A stretch of 63,955 nt of DNA, counting the filler, from Vannella sp. (taxonomy: Eukaryota): assembly GCA_023345925.1 (NCBI GenBank). It is 7 parts of 7 records of this genome, joined end to end, with 100 filler letters (N's around TTAATTAATTAA, not from the genome) between each part and the next. Parts side by side here need not be neighbours in the genome. Positions count along the whole stretch, not along the records: positions 23,815 to 32,236 come from JAJQQN010001430.1; positions 32,337 to 47,810 come from JAJQQN010000524.1; 5 more parts are not named here. One strand, given 5' to 3'. Below are positions 23,815 through 36,277 of the stretch, one piece after another. The first letter of the stretch is position 1. Each line of letters begins with the position of its first letter. A model generated the notes under the pieces. That model saw nothing but the letters and a program-made list of their open reading frames with translations, made no database searches and was not told the DNA's origin. The position numbers and the translations under genes were made by a program.

Positions 23815-26800
23815 GTCAAACAGGACCACGTACGCTGATCTCCAAATTCCTTCGCTGACCAAGCCACTGGCACCTTTGCCAATGGGCGAGCCGATTTCTA
23901 CCTCTTCCCACTTCAGGTGAGGGATTGACTTGTCGTTAAGAATCTCTTCCAAGGTAAGGCTTGGGCGCTGGGAGAAGTCTGGAATCTCTAACGCAGCCAA
24001 CCTATCATACTTCAATTTGCGCCTGATTTCTAAGTGAGGACATATCTCATTTGCTCTAGCCCTCCTGCCATACCTGTAGCGTAATCCAGCGAGGGTTCCA
24101 ACAATCAGGCAAAGTAAAAGGCAAAGCGCCAAGATGACCAAAAGCAGCACGAAAGTAACACTAAAATGCTCAACTTCCGATAGATGATGAGTAAAGCTCC
24201 TTTTCAGAACTGCACACAAACCTTTGACTTTGCAATAGTCGCACGGTTTTCCAGTCTCCGGAGCAGATCCACTCGGGCACCCAAAGAGAAACATTTCACA
24301 CGACGTACCAGCGATTGATCCTGTTGAGTTGCTTGTTGGAGTAAAATGAAGTGAATAAGTCGAGTTATTCTCTCCACAGATAGACAGCTGGAAGGCTCCC
24401 GCTCCAGTGCTGGACTGAAGCAGCATTGCATTATCAGGAGTGTCCAAAGAAGAGCGCGCAGAAGAAGAAGAATATCGAATTTCGGCGCTTGTGGGAAAGT
24501 CGACCAAATATTGGCCGTGAACTAAGCTTTCGAATTGGTCCACTAAAAACACATCAATTTCCAATGATTCTGTGTTGAGAAAGATCGCTCCAGGGCATGG
24601 ATGAGACATTGGTGCAAAACTGAGCCGATTAGGTTCCGAGGCAAAACCATCCTCATTTTGGTATCCGCAAATTTCTCCTGGGAGCCCAAAAATGCAGTTG
24701 TAGCAGAAGCTTGAGGCTTCTGCAGCATTGTGAAGTACTCCAAATGCAACGTTTGATCCTCCATAAAGAGCACCACTGAAAGACCGTTAGAAATGCTCTC
24801 AAAACACTGATTGGTTCTCACTTTCCGGCAAATTCTCCCCCAAATATGATCTTGGAGGGTTGGTGATACTCCATGAAGTACATCGCTCCTCCAAATTGAA
24901 GTGCTACGTTTTCTGTCAAGAAGCATTCTGGCCCAAAGGTGGGAGTGAAGCTGAACAGAGCATCCAAGAAGATACCACCTCCGAGTGACGCAGTATTATT
25001 ACTGATAACTGCGTTCAAGAAGCTAAAAGAGGGCTCATCCCCAACTGAAGGTAAATTAACTGATTCCAGATCAGATGAAGAAGGCTCTGCATCAAGAACT
25101 GAAGCAAGATAGATTCCGCCACCTTGTTTCGCGCTGTTACCCCTATCAACCAATTGAGTACCACAGTTGACTATTTCAGATAAACACCCACCGTATCACG
25201 CAGTTTTGGAGGCTCACAGAGATCGATTGACCATATCTTACTGCAACCCCTCCTCCAAAAGTGGCTGTGTTGTCACAAATGTCAGCGTTCAGGATGAGGA
25301 CGTTTTGGCCCAAAAGTGCGATGCCGCCTCCTTGGAGCAACGCAGTATTTCCACGAATTGTAGAGTTAACATCTTCCATTCCCGCAGAAAGGGCCACGAA
25401 ATAGGCACCTCCAGTGTTTGCTTTGTTCCCTTCTAGGTCGCAAGAAGACAGAGACATTCTTGAGTTCTGCTCGACTGCGAGACCACCTCCTCCGTTTTGC
25501 GCAAAGTTACCCAGAATCTGGCCAGTATTGATGATGTTGTAGCTGTTATCGCTGCCATAGCAACATCCTCCGTCTCCTGCGAGAGCTTTGTTACCCGCGC
25601 ATCGTAATTGCTTCCATTGAGCGATAGAGTACTCTCCTGTAAAGATTGCCCCTCCACTTAAAGAGGCCACATTAGAGAACAGAGTGCAATTGGAAGAATC
25701 CAATCTCTTTTTGCTGGTGGTATAGACTCCTGCTCCGTAAGTTGCAGTGTTATTCTGGACAATTTTAGGTGAATGACTGTCGAGAAGAAAAATCTTACCC
25801 AAACAAGAGAATCCGTCAAGTTGGCAGTGACGGAATCTTGGAGGAGGATGCCACCGCCTCCTCCAGATATGGCACGATTAGAATGGATGCTGGACTGCTT
25901 GATAGAGAGGGAAGAGTGGCCGGCCGCATAAATCGCACCTCCTCGTGATTCAGCGGTGCAGCGAATGATGTGAGAATCGACTAATTCGGTGCTAGCTGTA
26001 TCATCTAAATAGATAGCGCCTCCTGCGCTTTCAGAATAGGATCCATCGATGACTGTCTCAAACAGGAACGATCGAGAGCTGTCAATGACCGCTAGCGATC
26101 CTCCTTTTGAGCCACTCCAATTATTTTGGAAGATACAGCGCTCGAAAGTTGCTGAACTGTTCATTGTTAGGGGTTTTCTGCGATGATTCCCTACCAATTA
26201 CCTATTGATTGCTAAGAGGAGTCCACCACCGTTGGAGAGAGCCTGATTTCCACCGAATGAGGTGTTACAGAAAAAGGCTGAAGAACCAGAGTCTAAATAG
26301 GCTCCTGCTCCCTCCCCAGGAGTAAAATTGTCGCTAAAAATAATTAGGATATGAGAGAGTCCTTGTTGTGGTGTTACCCTTACATAATCTCACTGTTTGT
26401 TGTAGTCAAAGAGCTAAAATCTTGCGCAAGAAGTGCTGAACCGACAGACCCAGACCAGCATTGATAAGCGGTAGAGTAGTTGAAAGTAAAACGAGAATAA
26501 TCACTGGCTATGAGACCACCACCGCTTGACGATGCAGAACATCGAGAAAGTGTACTTCCGCTCAAAGAAAACGATGAATAATCGTTCAGAGAAAGACAGC
26601 CTCCAGAAAGAGCGGAGGAATCAACTATAATAATGTTCTTTCCTTCGAAACTCGATCTTTCAGTCATTTGCACGGCTCCTCCATTACCCTTTGCTACATT
26701 CCCAGCAAGAGAGCAGTCGGTTAAGACCAAAATCGAGGTTCCACTATCCGAAGTCAACACATTGTACATATATATAAGAGAAATGCCCAAATCAGAGCTA

Positions 26801-28956
26801 ACTCACCTGAGCCAGAGAGCCCCTCCATCGTTTGTGGCACAGTTATCAGATATCTGATGCCTCTCAGTCAGAGCAATAAAGAAAATATTATGAGTTCCTT
26901 ACATCAACGCTGCTCAGCTCTACTTTCGAGTCCCCAGCAATTCGGAATGCTCCACCGAAACCTCCTACATTACCACTGAAAATCAAATGCGTTAGGAGGA
27001 CCAATCATCATCCTGGAATCATTGCGACTCACTTCAATGAAGAGTCGTTCCAGGAAGCAGAGGTAGAATCGAGAAAGACAACGCCAGAGAATTGTCCTTG
27101 ATTCCTTTCTGCGACAAAGCGGCTCACAGTCATGGAGCTTTGACGCACATCGATCAGCGAACCAGAAGATTCCGATATCGTGTTATTTTCCATTATGACG
27201 TCAATCAATGTGAGTGCAGAGTTGAAAAAGCGAAGTCCTGCTTTCCGAAGATTGCAACCGCGGAAAGAGACTCCAACCATCTGTACATCCGAGTTTTCTA
27301 TTTCAGCTATGCTATCGTGTTCCACATGATTGGAGAACGTGCAATTCTCAATGGAAAAAAATGCCCCTTCAACAATAATCAAAGGCATATCTTCACAAGG
27401 ACTGTGCAGGACCCCACAAGGAGCACCTTCGAAAGTAGAACCTGTTATGGTTATGGAGACATTTGGCTGAGACGAGGAGAAATTGATCAATGGAACTTTC
27501 CCTTTGTGAGACAAACCATCCATTCAGATCAACATACTCACGATGAGAATTTTGCATCCTAATGCCAGAGATCTTCAGATTCACTTCCGGCTGTTTCAAA
27601 ATACAAAAGACTAAGGAGGGTTGATTGCTATTTGGCTCCAACCCAATAGTTGTTTCGGTAATATTAACATCCGAGATTGAAATATTGGTGAATCCACATT
27701 CCAGCATCTCAAGAAAATGGGTGCACCCAACATTATCCATTGACAAGCGATGGACAGTGATTTCGTCTTGGAACACTTTACCTTGGAAAAATGAAGTGAA
27801 TGCAGATACTGTGATGCTGATGTCCTGAATAGACAATGAGTTTCCAGTGGAAACAGGGCCATAGGTTTGAATCGTCTGGAATAGGTCTCTTTCAAGCAAC
27901 AAGATGACGGATTGAAATAGGGAGGTCCCCTGAAGTAAAGTGAAGGTACTGTCCACCACCAGCAAGTTTTGAGAAGATATCAGGGACTCAGCTCCAAAAT
28001 GAATTGATTCCGCGTGAAAATTGCTCAAAACAACATCCCATCCACCTGCCAAGAAGTAGTTGAGAGTGGGGACATGTTGAACCCCTATTCTTTTCGCAAC
28101 AAACCGATCCAAAACGGTCTTGCCTGCATAGTCCGAAACCTTGAAGGAAAAGAACTGTTCTGTCAGCACATCAGAAACATTCCAACCATTTGCCAAGAGA
28201 TTCCCGTATCGGGAAGCTTGCATGACCACCGTGAAGTCGCTGTTTGTGATATTCACGTTTCGAAACTCCGTTTGATAGATGCCTGTGGACGCCCAGAGGG
28301 TCTTCCCAGAGGCTCCAGCCACAGACAAATGAGCGACCGACACTGACGAATCGTTCCCGCCAGCCCCTGACAGATCAAAAAGGACACTTTCAGGAGCCTT
28401 ACAGTCTAGCACGTTCACTCCTTCCATCACAACAGCGCTCTCTGACACCAAAAGGATCAGAATCGAACGTAGCGTTGGGCTTTTTCGTACCTCCGACTTG
28501 AAAGGAGAGTAAGCTTGGAGCTTTAGGGCTGGAGCACGTGATTGTCAAGTTGAGAAGCTTAGTAACACTTCCCAGCGTGGAATTGAAGGACAAAGACCCT
28601 TCCTCCTCGAAGGACAAGGAGACCGCACCGCTACCCCCCGAGGAACTGCTTGTTGTTAGTGGGATCCTCGTCCAAGAGACTAGTACCGACCGTATTGAGA
28701 GTGGGCAAGAGCTAATGGGGCTTAGAATGCGGTAAGGACCAGCTGCTGGTGCCACCATAACGACGAGCGAGACATTCGAGTCGGCGTTGGGCCACTCACA
28801 AGCTTGATGGATCCCCTCCGCAAGGGTAGAGCAAGCCAACTCCCAGCTACTCCCACACCCCACCGTCTCATTGCTTGCTGATGACACATAAACGATCCTT
28901 TCCGCGCCCAACACCCCGCAAAGGAGCAAAGCGAACCAGACCAAGCTCCCTCCCAT
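23815..28956 (-). CDS. Receptor-like kinase: signal peptide, beta-helix/GGA(I) (POMP-like) ectodomain, TM, kinase start (3'-truncated, many introns)
   Basis: Signal MGGSLVWFALLLCGVLG, GCGSSWELACSTLAEG, many N-x-A..GGAI/GGGI repeats, Cys-rich juxtamembrane region, TM, IGKGASGLV. Confidence 0.88.
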
Positions 28957-28968
28957 CAGAAAGTGCCT

Positions 28969-31900
28969 TTAATCAGAAGAATCACTCGTCTGCGAAGGGT
29001 CAGAATAGAAGCTGGACTCGCTATTCACTGAGAGGAAGAAGGGAGACTCTGAAGACCGTTCCTGCGAACGATCTTGATTGGAAGGAAGGCGTTGGGGGAA
29101 GATGTCTTCTTCTCCTTGTGAGCCAATGGAAGGGTCATTAGCAGGTGTGAATTCGGCAGCAAGGCGGCGGAGGCGCATCACAATCTCTGGGAATGAAGGG
29201 CGGAGATGAGGGTCTGGCGTCCAGCATTCCTCAATCAAATGTTGAAGGACGGGATGAAGGCCTTCAACACTTGGTCGGCAGCCATTCTCAAGGACCTGAT
29301 AGATCAATTGGGCTTGATTCATCTTGTCAAAGGGCGGCTGAGAGTATGGCAGGTTGCCAGTGAAGATCTCCATCAGCACAATGCCAAAGGAGTAGACATC
29401 AGCCTTCTCGGAATACTTGTTCTTGGAGAGTACTTCGGGTGCCATGTACATGGGTGTGCCAATACAAGTCATCTCTCTTGTGATGGTGGGTCTCGCAGTG
29501 GAGATGCCAAAGTCAGCCACTTTGCAAGTCCAAAGGGAGTTGACGAGAAGGTTTTGGGTCTTTAAATCTCGGTGAATCAGCTTCTTAGAATGCAAGTGGG
29601 CTCTACAGAAGAGATTAGATCAAAACAGAAACAGTCTGAATAGAATTTCTAACTCACATTCCCTTTGCGGCGCCCTTTGCAATCTTCAGCCGCAAAGAAG
29701 GAGGAATATTTCGCCCCTTCCGGTTTAGAAGATCCCTGACACTGCCTTGTTGCATTAACTCCTTTGGAACAAGTCAGCGAGTGCACAGAATAAATGCAGT
29801 TACTAACTGTCACTAAATAAAGCCGAGAATGATCCGGAGTGACCAAAATGCCAAGGAATCGCACCACGTTGTTGTGGACCAAGGCACTAGAATTAATGTG
29901 AATGTGAGTACATTGCTACATTGAAGAAATGTCTCACCTCATGTACTTGATCTCAATAAGGAATTCCTCCATGCTCTCAAATGGTAAATCTTGGAAACCA
30001 ACGATAAGCTCTTTGAGAGCAATCTCTTGCTTCTGCCCCCTTAACCAAATCATATTAGAGCCTTCTCATCTTGAAAATGAGAAGCATACGCAGGACTCCA
30101 GATTCCGCGACTGACTAGGCCACTGGCACCCTTGCCAATGACATCGCCGACTTCCACATCCTCCCACTTGAGTCGAGGGATTGCCGAATCATTCAAGATG
30201 TCATCCAAGGTCAAAGACGGCCTTCCTGTAAAATCGGGAATCTCCAAGGCGGCCAAGCGAGCGTACTTCAGCTTGCGCCTGAATAGTGGGAATGAGAGAC
30301 TCCCAGAATAAGTTCTCCATAAACGGTTTGCCGTACCTGTAGCTGAGCAATGCAAAGAATCCTCCAATAGAACAAAGAATCAAACACAAGCAAAAGATTA
30401 TCAAGAGGAGGATCAAAGTGAAGCCCTGATGCCGAGTAGCAGGTAATACTATGATTGGTGAGTAGACAAGTTATAAACGCTCGAGATGCCTTACTTATTG
30501 GTTGGCAGATATCACAAGGGCTCCCGACCTTGGGAATAAAGCCAGATCCACATCCGTTCAAGAGGATAGAGCAACCGACACCAGTGATACGGCCACTCGA
30601 GTTGCTAGCTGGTTGAAACTGGATTGAAAAAGTCGAATTGTTTTCTCCACAAGTGGACAACCAAAAAGATGCTGCTCCAGAGCTTGCTTCGACCATTGCC
30701 GACGGTGCCATGGTTACCGTGAACCGCTCCGAGTCGGAAGAGAAGGATGAAAGCACGTCAACGTTGAAATCAGAGAGATATTGGCCGTGAACGATGCTGT
30801 TAAACTGGTCGATCAAAAACACATTGATTTCAAGCGATTCAGCTTCGAGTTGGACCGCTCCCGGGCACGAATGGTATCCTGATACAAAGGACAGCCGCTC
30901 CGGCTCTGATGCAAACCCGAGCTCATTCTGGTATCCCATGTAATCCTCTGAAACACCAAACACGCAATCAGTACAGAAGACAACACAGTTTTTCACGTTA
31001 TTGATCACTCCAAATGCGACGTTAGAACCTCCATAAAGCGCATCACTGCACTGAGTAAGTACAAAAGATTACAAACAGGCTCTCCTTACTTTTGCTCGAA
31101 TAGCCCGCCAATCATCATAACGAGTGGTTGAGAAAACAGTTTGAAGTACAAAGCTCCGCCGAATTGGTACGCAACATTGCCAGTGAGATTGCAGCTTGGT
31201 CCAAAATTGGGAGTAGAACTTTGCAGTGCGTCGACATAAATGCCGCCCCCAAACTGCGCAGCGTTATCTTGAATTCGAATCAGGTGGAACGCGAACGGCA
31301 AATCAGGAGAGTCTGCTGTTGGAGGGAGCTCAACAGGTATACTGAACGGACTTCCTGTGAGTGTTGAGCTCAAAAATACACCCCCTCCAAGGGTAGCAGT
31401 GTTGTTTCTGTCAACTTATTAGAAATACTGACTTATCAATGTTCCGCTCACCGAATCATGCATTCTAGCAAATGGGGAAAGTTGTTTTGCCCATAACCAA
31501 CAGCTACGCCTCCGCCATAAGCTGCAGCGTTGTTATGAATAGTGAGGCCTTCCAGAATAACTTCGCCTCCTTGAATAAGAATGCCTCCTCCTTGAAGGGA
31601 AGCTATGTTATCATGAACAAAGGAACCAGTGTCCGAAATAGATGCAGACACAGCAACAGAATATCCACCTCCCGTGTTTGCTTTGTTAAAGCAGACGACA
31701 GAAATGAACATAACAGTCTTTGAGTTTTGCATTAAGCACAATCCTCCGCCATCTGCAGCGCGGTTTTCATGAATGTATCCTCTTGTCATCACCACTCGAC
31801 TATTATCGCTACCGTAAAAACAGCCGCCTCCAGCCACCTTTGCAATGTTACCGATGCACTGAAGCCCGTTCCATGTAGAAACAGAATCCTCTGCCGCAAA

Positions 31901-32236
31901 GATAGCTCCTCCACTAAAAGCTGCTCGGTTATTGATCAAACTGCAATTGTCTGACTTGATACTGAGGCCACTGATGGTATAAAGAGCACCTCCATAACTC
32001 GCAGAGTTATTCTGCTAATTGGTAAGTAGAAACTACAATGGTGTGATACCTCTTACGGAAAATACTGAATTGGTGAAGATTGCCAGAGCGGAGTCTTGCA
32101 GAAGGACCGCTCCTCCAGCCCCTGTCGATGCAGAATTGGAGTCTACCAGAGAATAATCTACCAGAAGTTGGCAATGTCCTGCGGCATAAATTGCACCACC
32201 TCTTGAAAGCGCAGAGCCACTCAGGAGTTCAGAATG
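28969..32236 (-). CDS. Paralogous receptor-like TKL Ser/Thr kinase with GGA(I)-repeat ectodomain (5'-truncated)
   Basis: GGAIF/GGGI repeats, TM, IGKGASGLV, HRDLKTQN, DFG, GTPMYMAPE, DVYSFG, CW..DP..RPSF. Confidence 0.92.
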
Positions 32237-32336
32237 NNNNNNNNNNNNNNNNNNNNNNNNNNNNNNNNNNNNNNNNNNNNTTAATTAATTAANNNNNNNN
32301 NNNNNNNNNNNNNNNNNNNNNNNNNNNNNNNNNNNN
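32237..32336. other. Artificial contig linker
   Basis: N-run + TTAATTAATTAA + N-run. Confidence 0.98.
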
Positions 32337-33193
32337 TGATGAAGAATGGGCCGAAAGGAATCCCTTCCTGAGGCCCAATGGGAAAGCTGACATGCGAACA
32401 TCCTGCAAACTCAACTGTGACTGGGGCACGGGAGAATCTGGGAAAGCTGGCAAGACAACAGACTATCATGTGATGGATCCGTGCTGTGGAGAACCATGCA
32501 ATAAGAAGCAAGGAGTCTACTGCTGTAAGGGATCCCTTTCTTTCGTCCAACTCTCCGTTCTAACTGGAAGAAGGTCTCTGCTTCACCTTCTGTGGAGTCT
32601 GCACCTGGTCAAGGATTTTAGCGTTCTCTCTTGACCAGGACTTGACGGTTTCTAATCATTTACTTCCCGTCTGTTCCTCCTTCTCTGCGTTCTTTCTCTG
32701 CTCCCTGATGGAAGTCCTCGCCGTCTTCTACAGCTCTGTTTTGATTTTCGTCGTGTCTTCTATCCCGGCAGCAGTGGCTTTCCTTCTTCCCGTCCAAATT
32801 CGACGAAACCTCCGGGCCAAGTTCCAAATTGGACTTCCGGGCAGCTATCTGGGTGACTTCCTGATGTGCCTCTGCTTTGGCCCATGCAGTTGCTGCCAAG
32901 TGGTCCGTTCCATGCCTGTCAGTAACGCACAATCACCACTTAGCTGTTCTAACCAAACTCAGATCTCTGGCTGGGATTGGCTGGCGGACTTTCGCTTGAA
33001 TGGAATACAATGGTACAACAGCTCCTTCTCCCTACAGTCTAACCCGCCCTTGAATGGCTCAGCCAGGCCAATCATAAAGAAACCGGTTTGGAGGTTTCCG
33101 TGCCATTCTTTGTTGCGCCGGTGCCATGGCAGGTCCCCCAGCGCGTGTAGTAAGGGTCTCTTGGTGATGATGAGAGAGCTAATGGAGAGGTGA
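32337..33193 (+). CDS. PLAC8/Cys-rich membrane protein (5'-truncated; 3' boundary uncertain)
   Basis: IRRNLRAKFQI..DFLMCLCFGPCSCCQVVR (PLAC8 signature) plus an upstream Cys-rich exon LCFTFCGVC. Confidence 0.72.
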
Positions 33194-34556
33194 AGAGCGG
33201 CCACGAGACGTTCCTGAACAAGCTGGCTCACTTCACCCAAAACCTTCCAAGCGAGAGGTGAGGGCGATGGAGGGGGATAAGCTCTTCTGATAGACGTAGA
33301 CTGCGTCAAATACTCGATCCCTACCGGTTGGAGGACGAGGCAGAGGGCGAGAGAACTGATCTGCACATCACAGACCGTTGGGTTGCTCAGTATCAAGGCG
33401 AAGCGGAGGAATCACGCCTGCTCTCCTTCTTGCACCTCTTACGAGAGGATCCCGTTGATCTTGGTGCGTTTCTACACCATATCCCTTGCACCTACTCATC
33501 AGAAAGGACCAAACAGAGCAGCTTCGCCGGCTATCTCATGGCGGAGTGCCCCCTCAGGTGCGAGCGGTTGTATGGCAGCTCCTTCTTGGTTATCTGCCTT
33601 GCTCCCATGAAGAGAGAGGGCAAGAACTCGTTCTTCAGAGAGGCAAGTACCACCAACTAGTCCAGGAGATGTATCCCCGCCTCTCTCCCAGTCAGGAAGA
33701 GCTTGCAGATACCGAAGCAGCGAACCCACTATGGGACTTGATAAGAGTGGACGTTATACGCACCTTCCCAGCAGGGATGGAAGATCTCTTTGCGAATGAG
33801 GTCATCCGGCGATGTCTCTGTCGCATTCTTTACATTTATAGCACTGTCAGTCAGAAGGGGAACTACTGGCAAGGTCTGAACGAGATACCAGTCCCCTTTC
33901 TGATCAACTTCTTCTCCTTTTACGCCGGATGCTCTCTTCGAGAATTGAATGCCGTCTCGAGTGAAGGGATTGAGATGGCCTTGAGCTCAGGAAACGTGGA
34001 AGCAGATGTGTTTTGGTGTGTGACGCGGTTTGTGGGTGGATTACAGCTCCGTGGAGAGTACGTCATTGGAAAGAACGGAAGTATTTGTGAGAAAGAGATT
34101 CTTCAGCGCTTCGAAACGCTGTGCCTGATGGCGGACCCCGAGCTGGTGGGCAACCTGGCAGAAAAGGGGGTCGAGTTTATCTTCTTTGCCTTCCGTTGGA
34201 TGATCTGTTTGCTCACGCGAGAGCTTCCCATCACCGCAATCTCTCGCCTTTGGGACAGCTACATCGCAGAGGGGGAGAACGTTGTCTCGTTCCATCTGTA
34301 CACGACATTAAGTTTCCTTTTATCGTTCTCTTCGGACATCAAAGCGTGTCAGACCTTTGACCAGACACTTATGTTCATCCAACGGATTCCTGCCAGTCAC
34401 TGGACCGAAGCCCACGCTGAATTTCTTGTCCGTTGCGCTACCAAAGTGAAACAACTTGACTCCTTCTACCAACAACGAGCGACACCCGCTGCTGCCTACG
34501 TCATTGTAGCTGCCTTTTCTGCCGCCTCCTTAGTCGTCCGCGATGAACTCCTCTAA
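33160..34556 (+). CDS. TBC-domain Rab GAP, TBC1D22/Gyp1-like (start unresolved)
   Basis: GVPPQVRAVVWQLLLGYLP, IRVDVIRT (R-finger), YWQGLNEI (Q-finger), FAFRWMICLLTRE, RLWDSY. Confidence 0.88.
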
Positions 34557-34626
34557 ATACGTTCTCAGCCTTCCCATTCCCATTTCCGTCACCACAAGTC
34601 CGTGAGACCCCACAACACTCATATTT

Positions 34627-34658
34627 TGGCGGGAAAAGGCGAGATCCTTTTCCCGCCA
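34627..34658. promoter_or_regulatory. 13-bp perfect inverted repeat made of two E2F-like sites upstream of PRIM1
   Basis: TGGCGGGAAAAGG-cgagat-CCTTTTCCCGCCA, ending about 35 bp before the ATG at 34694. Confidence 0.65.
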
Positions 34659-34693
34659 TTTTTTAGCGCCTCGACGGGACCAACAAGAAGAAG

Positions 34694-36175
34694 ATGTCGG
34701 ACGATGAGATGATCTTGGAAGAGGCCAAAGCACGACCCCAGGCGTCTGTGCATGAATCAGGGCCCATTGACGTGACAGACTTGAAGCGGTTCTACAGTGA
34801 GGGACTCGAAATGGGCGGTTTTGCCTCGTGTAGCTGATGAGAGTGTAGGCCACTTGTTTCCCTTTAAGGAGATCTACGAGTGGCTATCATACGCAAAGAC
34901 AGAGGGGAGTCCAGGCGAGTTCGGCACTCGGGAGTTCAGCTTTGTGTTGATGACACCCTCGAACGAGGAGATTTACGTTCGTAACCAGTCCTACGCCTCT
35001 CTAGAGCAGTTCCAAGCAGAGATGACCAAGGCTTCACCTCATAAGATCGACATTGGAGGTATCTACAACGCCCCAGTGAGTCCAGGATGCCCTAACTGAG
35101 CTGGTTCCCTTCTCTAACCTTCCGATCGTAGCCAAAGCAGCACGCCACCGTAGCCAGTGACTCCATGAAGGTCCTACAACGTGAGCTTGTCTTCGATATC
35201 GACATGGATGACTACTCTGAGGTCCGTCGTTGCTGTGACAACGGAAAGGCGAAGCGTTTGTGCTCTCGCTGCTGGCCCTTCCTCCACATCGCCATCCAAG
35301 TCATCCGAAAGGGACTCAAGGAGCTATTCGGGTTTGAGAAAGTCGTGTTCATCTTCAGTGGCCGACGAGGGATCCATTGCTGGGTGTCGGACCATCGCGC
35401 TCGCCTGCTAACTTCCCGAGCGCGCCAGGCCATCCTTGACTTCCTGATTGTGCCTGTTGTTGTCTCAAAGGAGAAGCTGTCTGCTCAGCCATTCTTCAGC
35501 GATCTCCACCCCTTCATGCGCGAGGTCTACACCGACATCCTTGAGCCTTGCTTCGAGGAAGATATCTTGGTGCAGCAAGGTCTCTTAGACGATGAAGAGG
35601 GGCAAACACTGATCCTCCGCTTTGTACCTGATTCTGATATCCTTCTCTTCTCCCCCTCTCTCCCAAAAGTGTCTGAGTGACTTCCTTAACCTTCTCGATC
35701 ACAGACCAGAGCCGCGCTGAAGGAAACCTGGACTAACGAAGGTGCTGTAACCACCGCACAACAGAAGTGGAGTCAGTTCAAGGATACAGTCCGCCAGCAG
35801 ATCAAAGCGGACGGAGAGAAAGCCCAAAAGACACGAGGGCACAAGCTGACCTACTTTAGTGACCCCATCCTCGACGTTATCTTCGCCTTTACGTACCCTC
35901 GCTTCGATAAGAACGTATCTATCGGTTTGAACCATCTGCTGAAGTCTCCGTTCTGCATCCATCCGGGAACAGGACGACTTTGTGTGCCCATTGACCCCAA
36001 CCACTCCAAGACATTCTCTCCCGAGGCTGTTCCTGTGTTGGAGACCATGATTGAAGAATACGCTGCCGACAAGCCGTCTAGCATGGCTCCTTATGTCCAG
36101 TTCTTCACCAAGAAGTTCTTGGAGCCACTTCAACGCGAAACTCGCCGACAAGAGGTCGACCCGATGGCCTTTTAG
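34694..36175 (+). CDS. PRIM1: DNA primase small (catalytic) subunit; contains a U12 AT-AC intron at 35637-35702
   Basis: REFSF, HKIDIGGIY, RELVFDIDMDDY, SGRRGIHCWV, YPRFD..NHLLKSPFCIHPGTG. Confidence 0.96.
35637..35702 (+). other. U12-type AT-AC intron (66 nt)
   Basis: 5' ATATCCTT, branch TTCCTTAAC at 35682-35690, 3' AC. Removal restores the frame (PDS-E-TRAALKETW). Confidence 0.9.
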
Positions 36176-36277
36176 GCTTCTTTCTCCTTCAATTCACTCT
36201 TCCTCCCTCTCCTTTAGCGTAGCTTTGGTATATATTCTACTAGGGATGTAAATAGGCCATTCTTTGGCCTATCAGGG

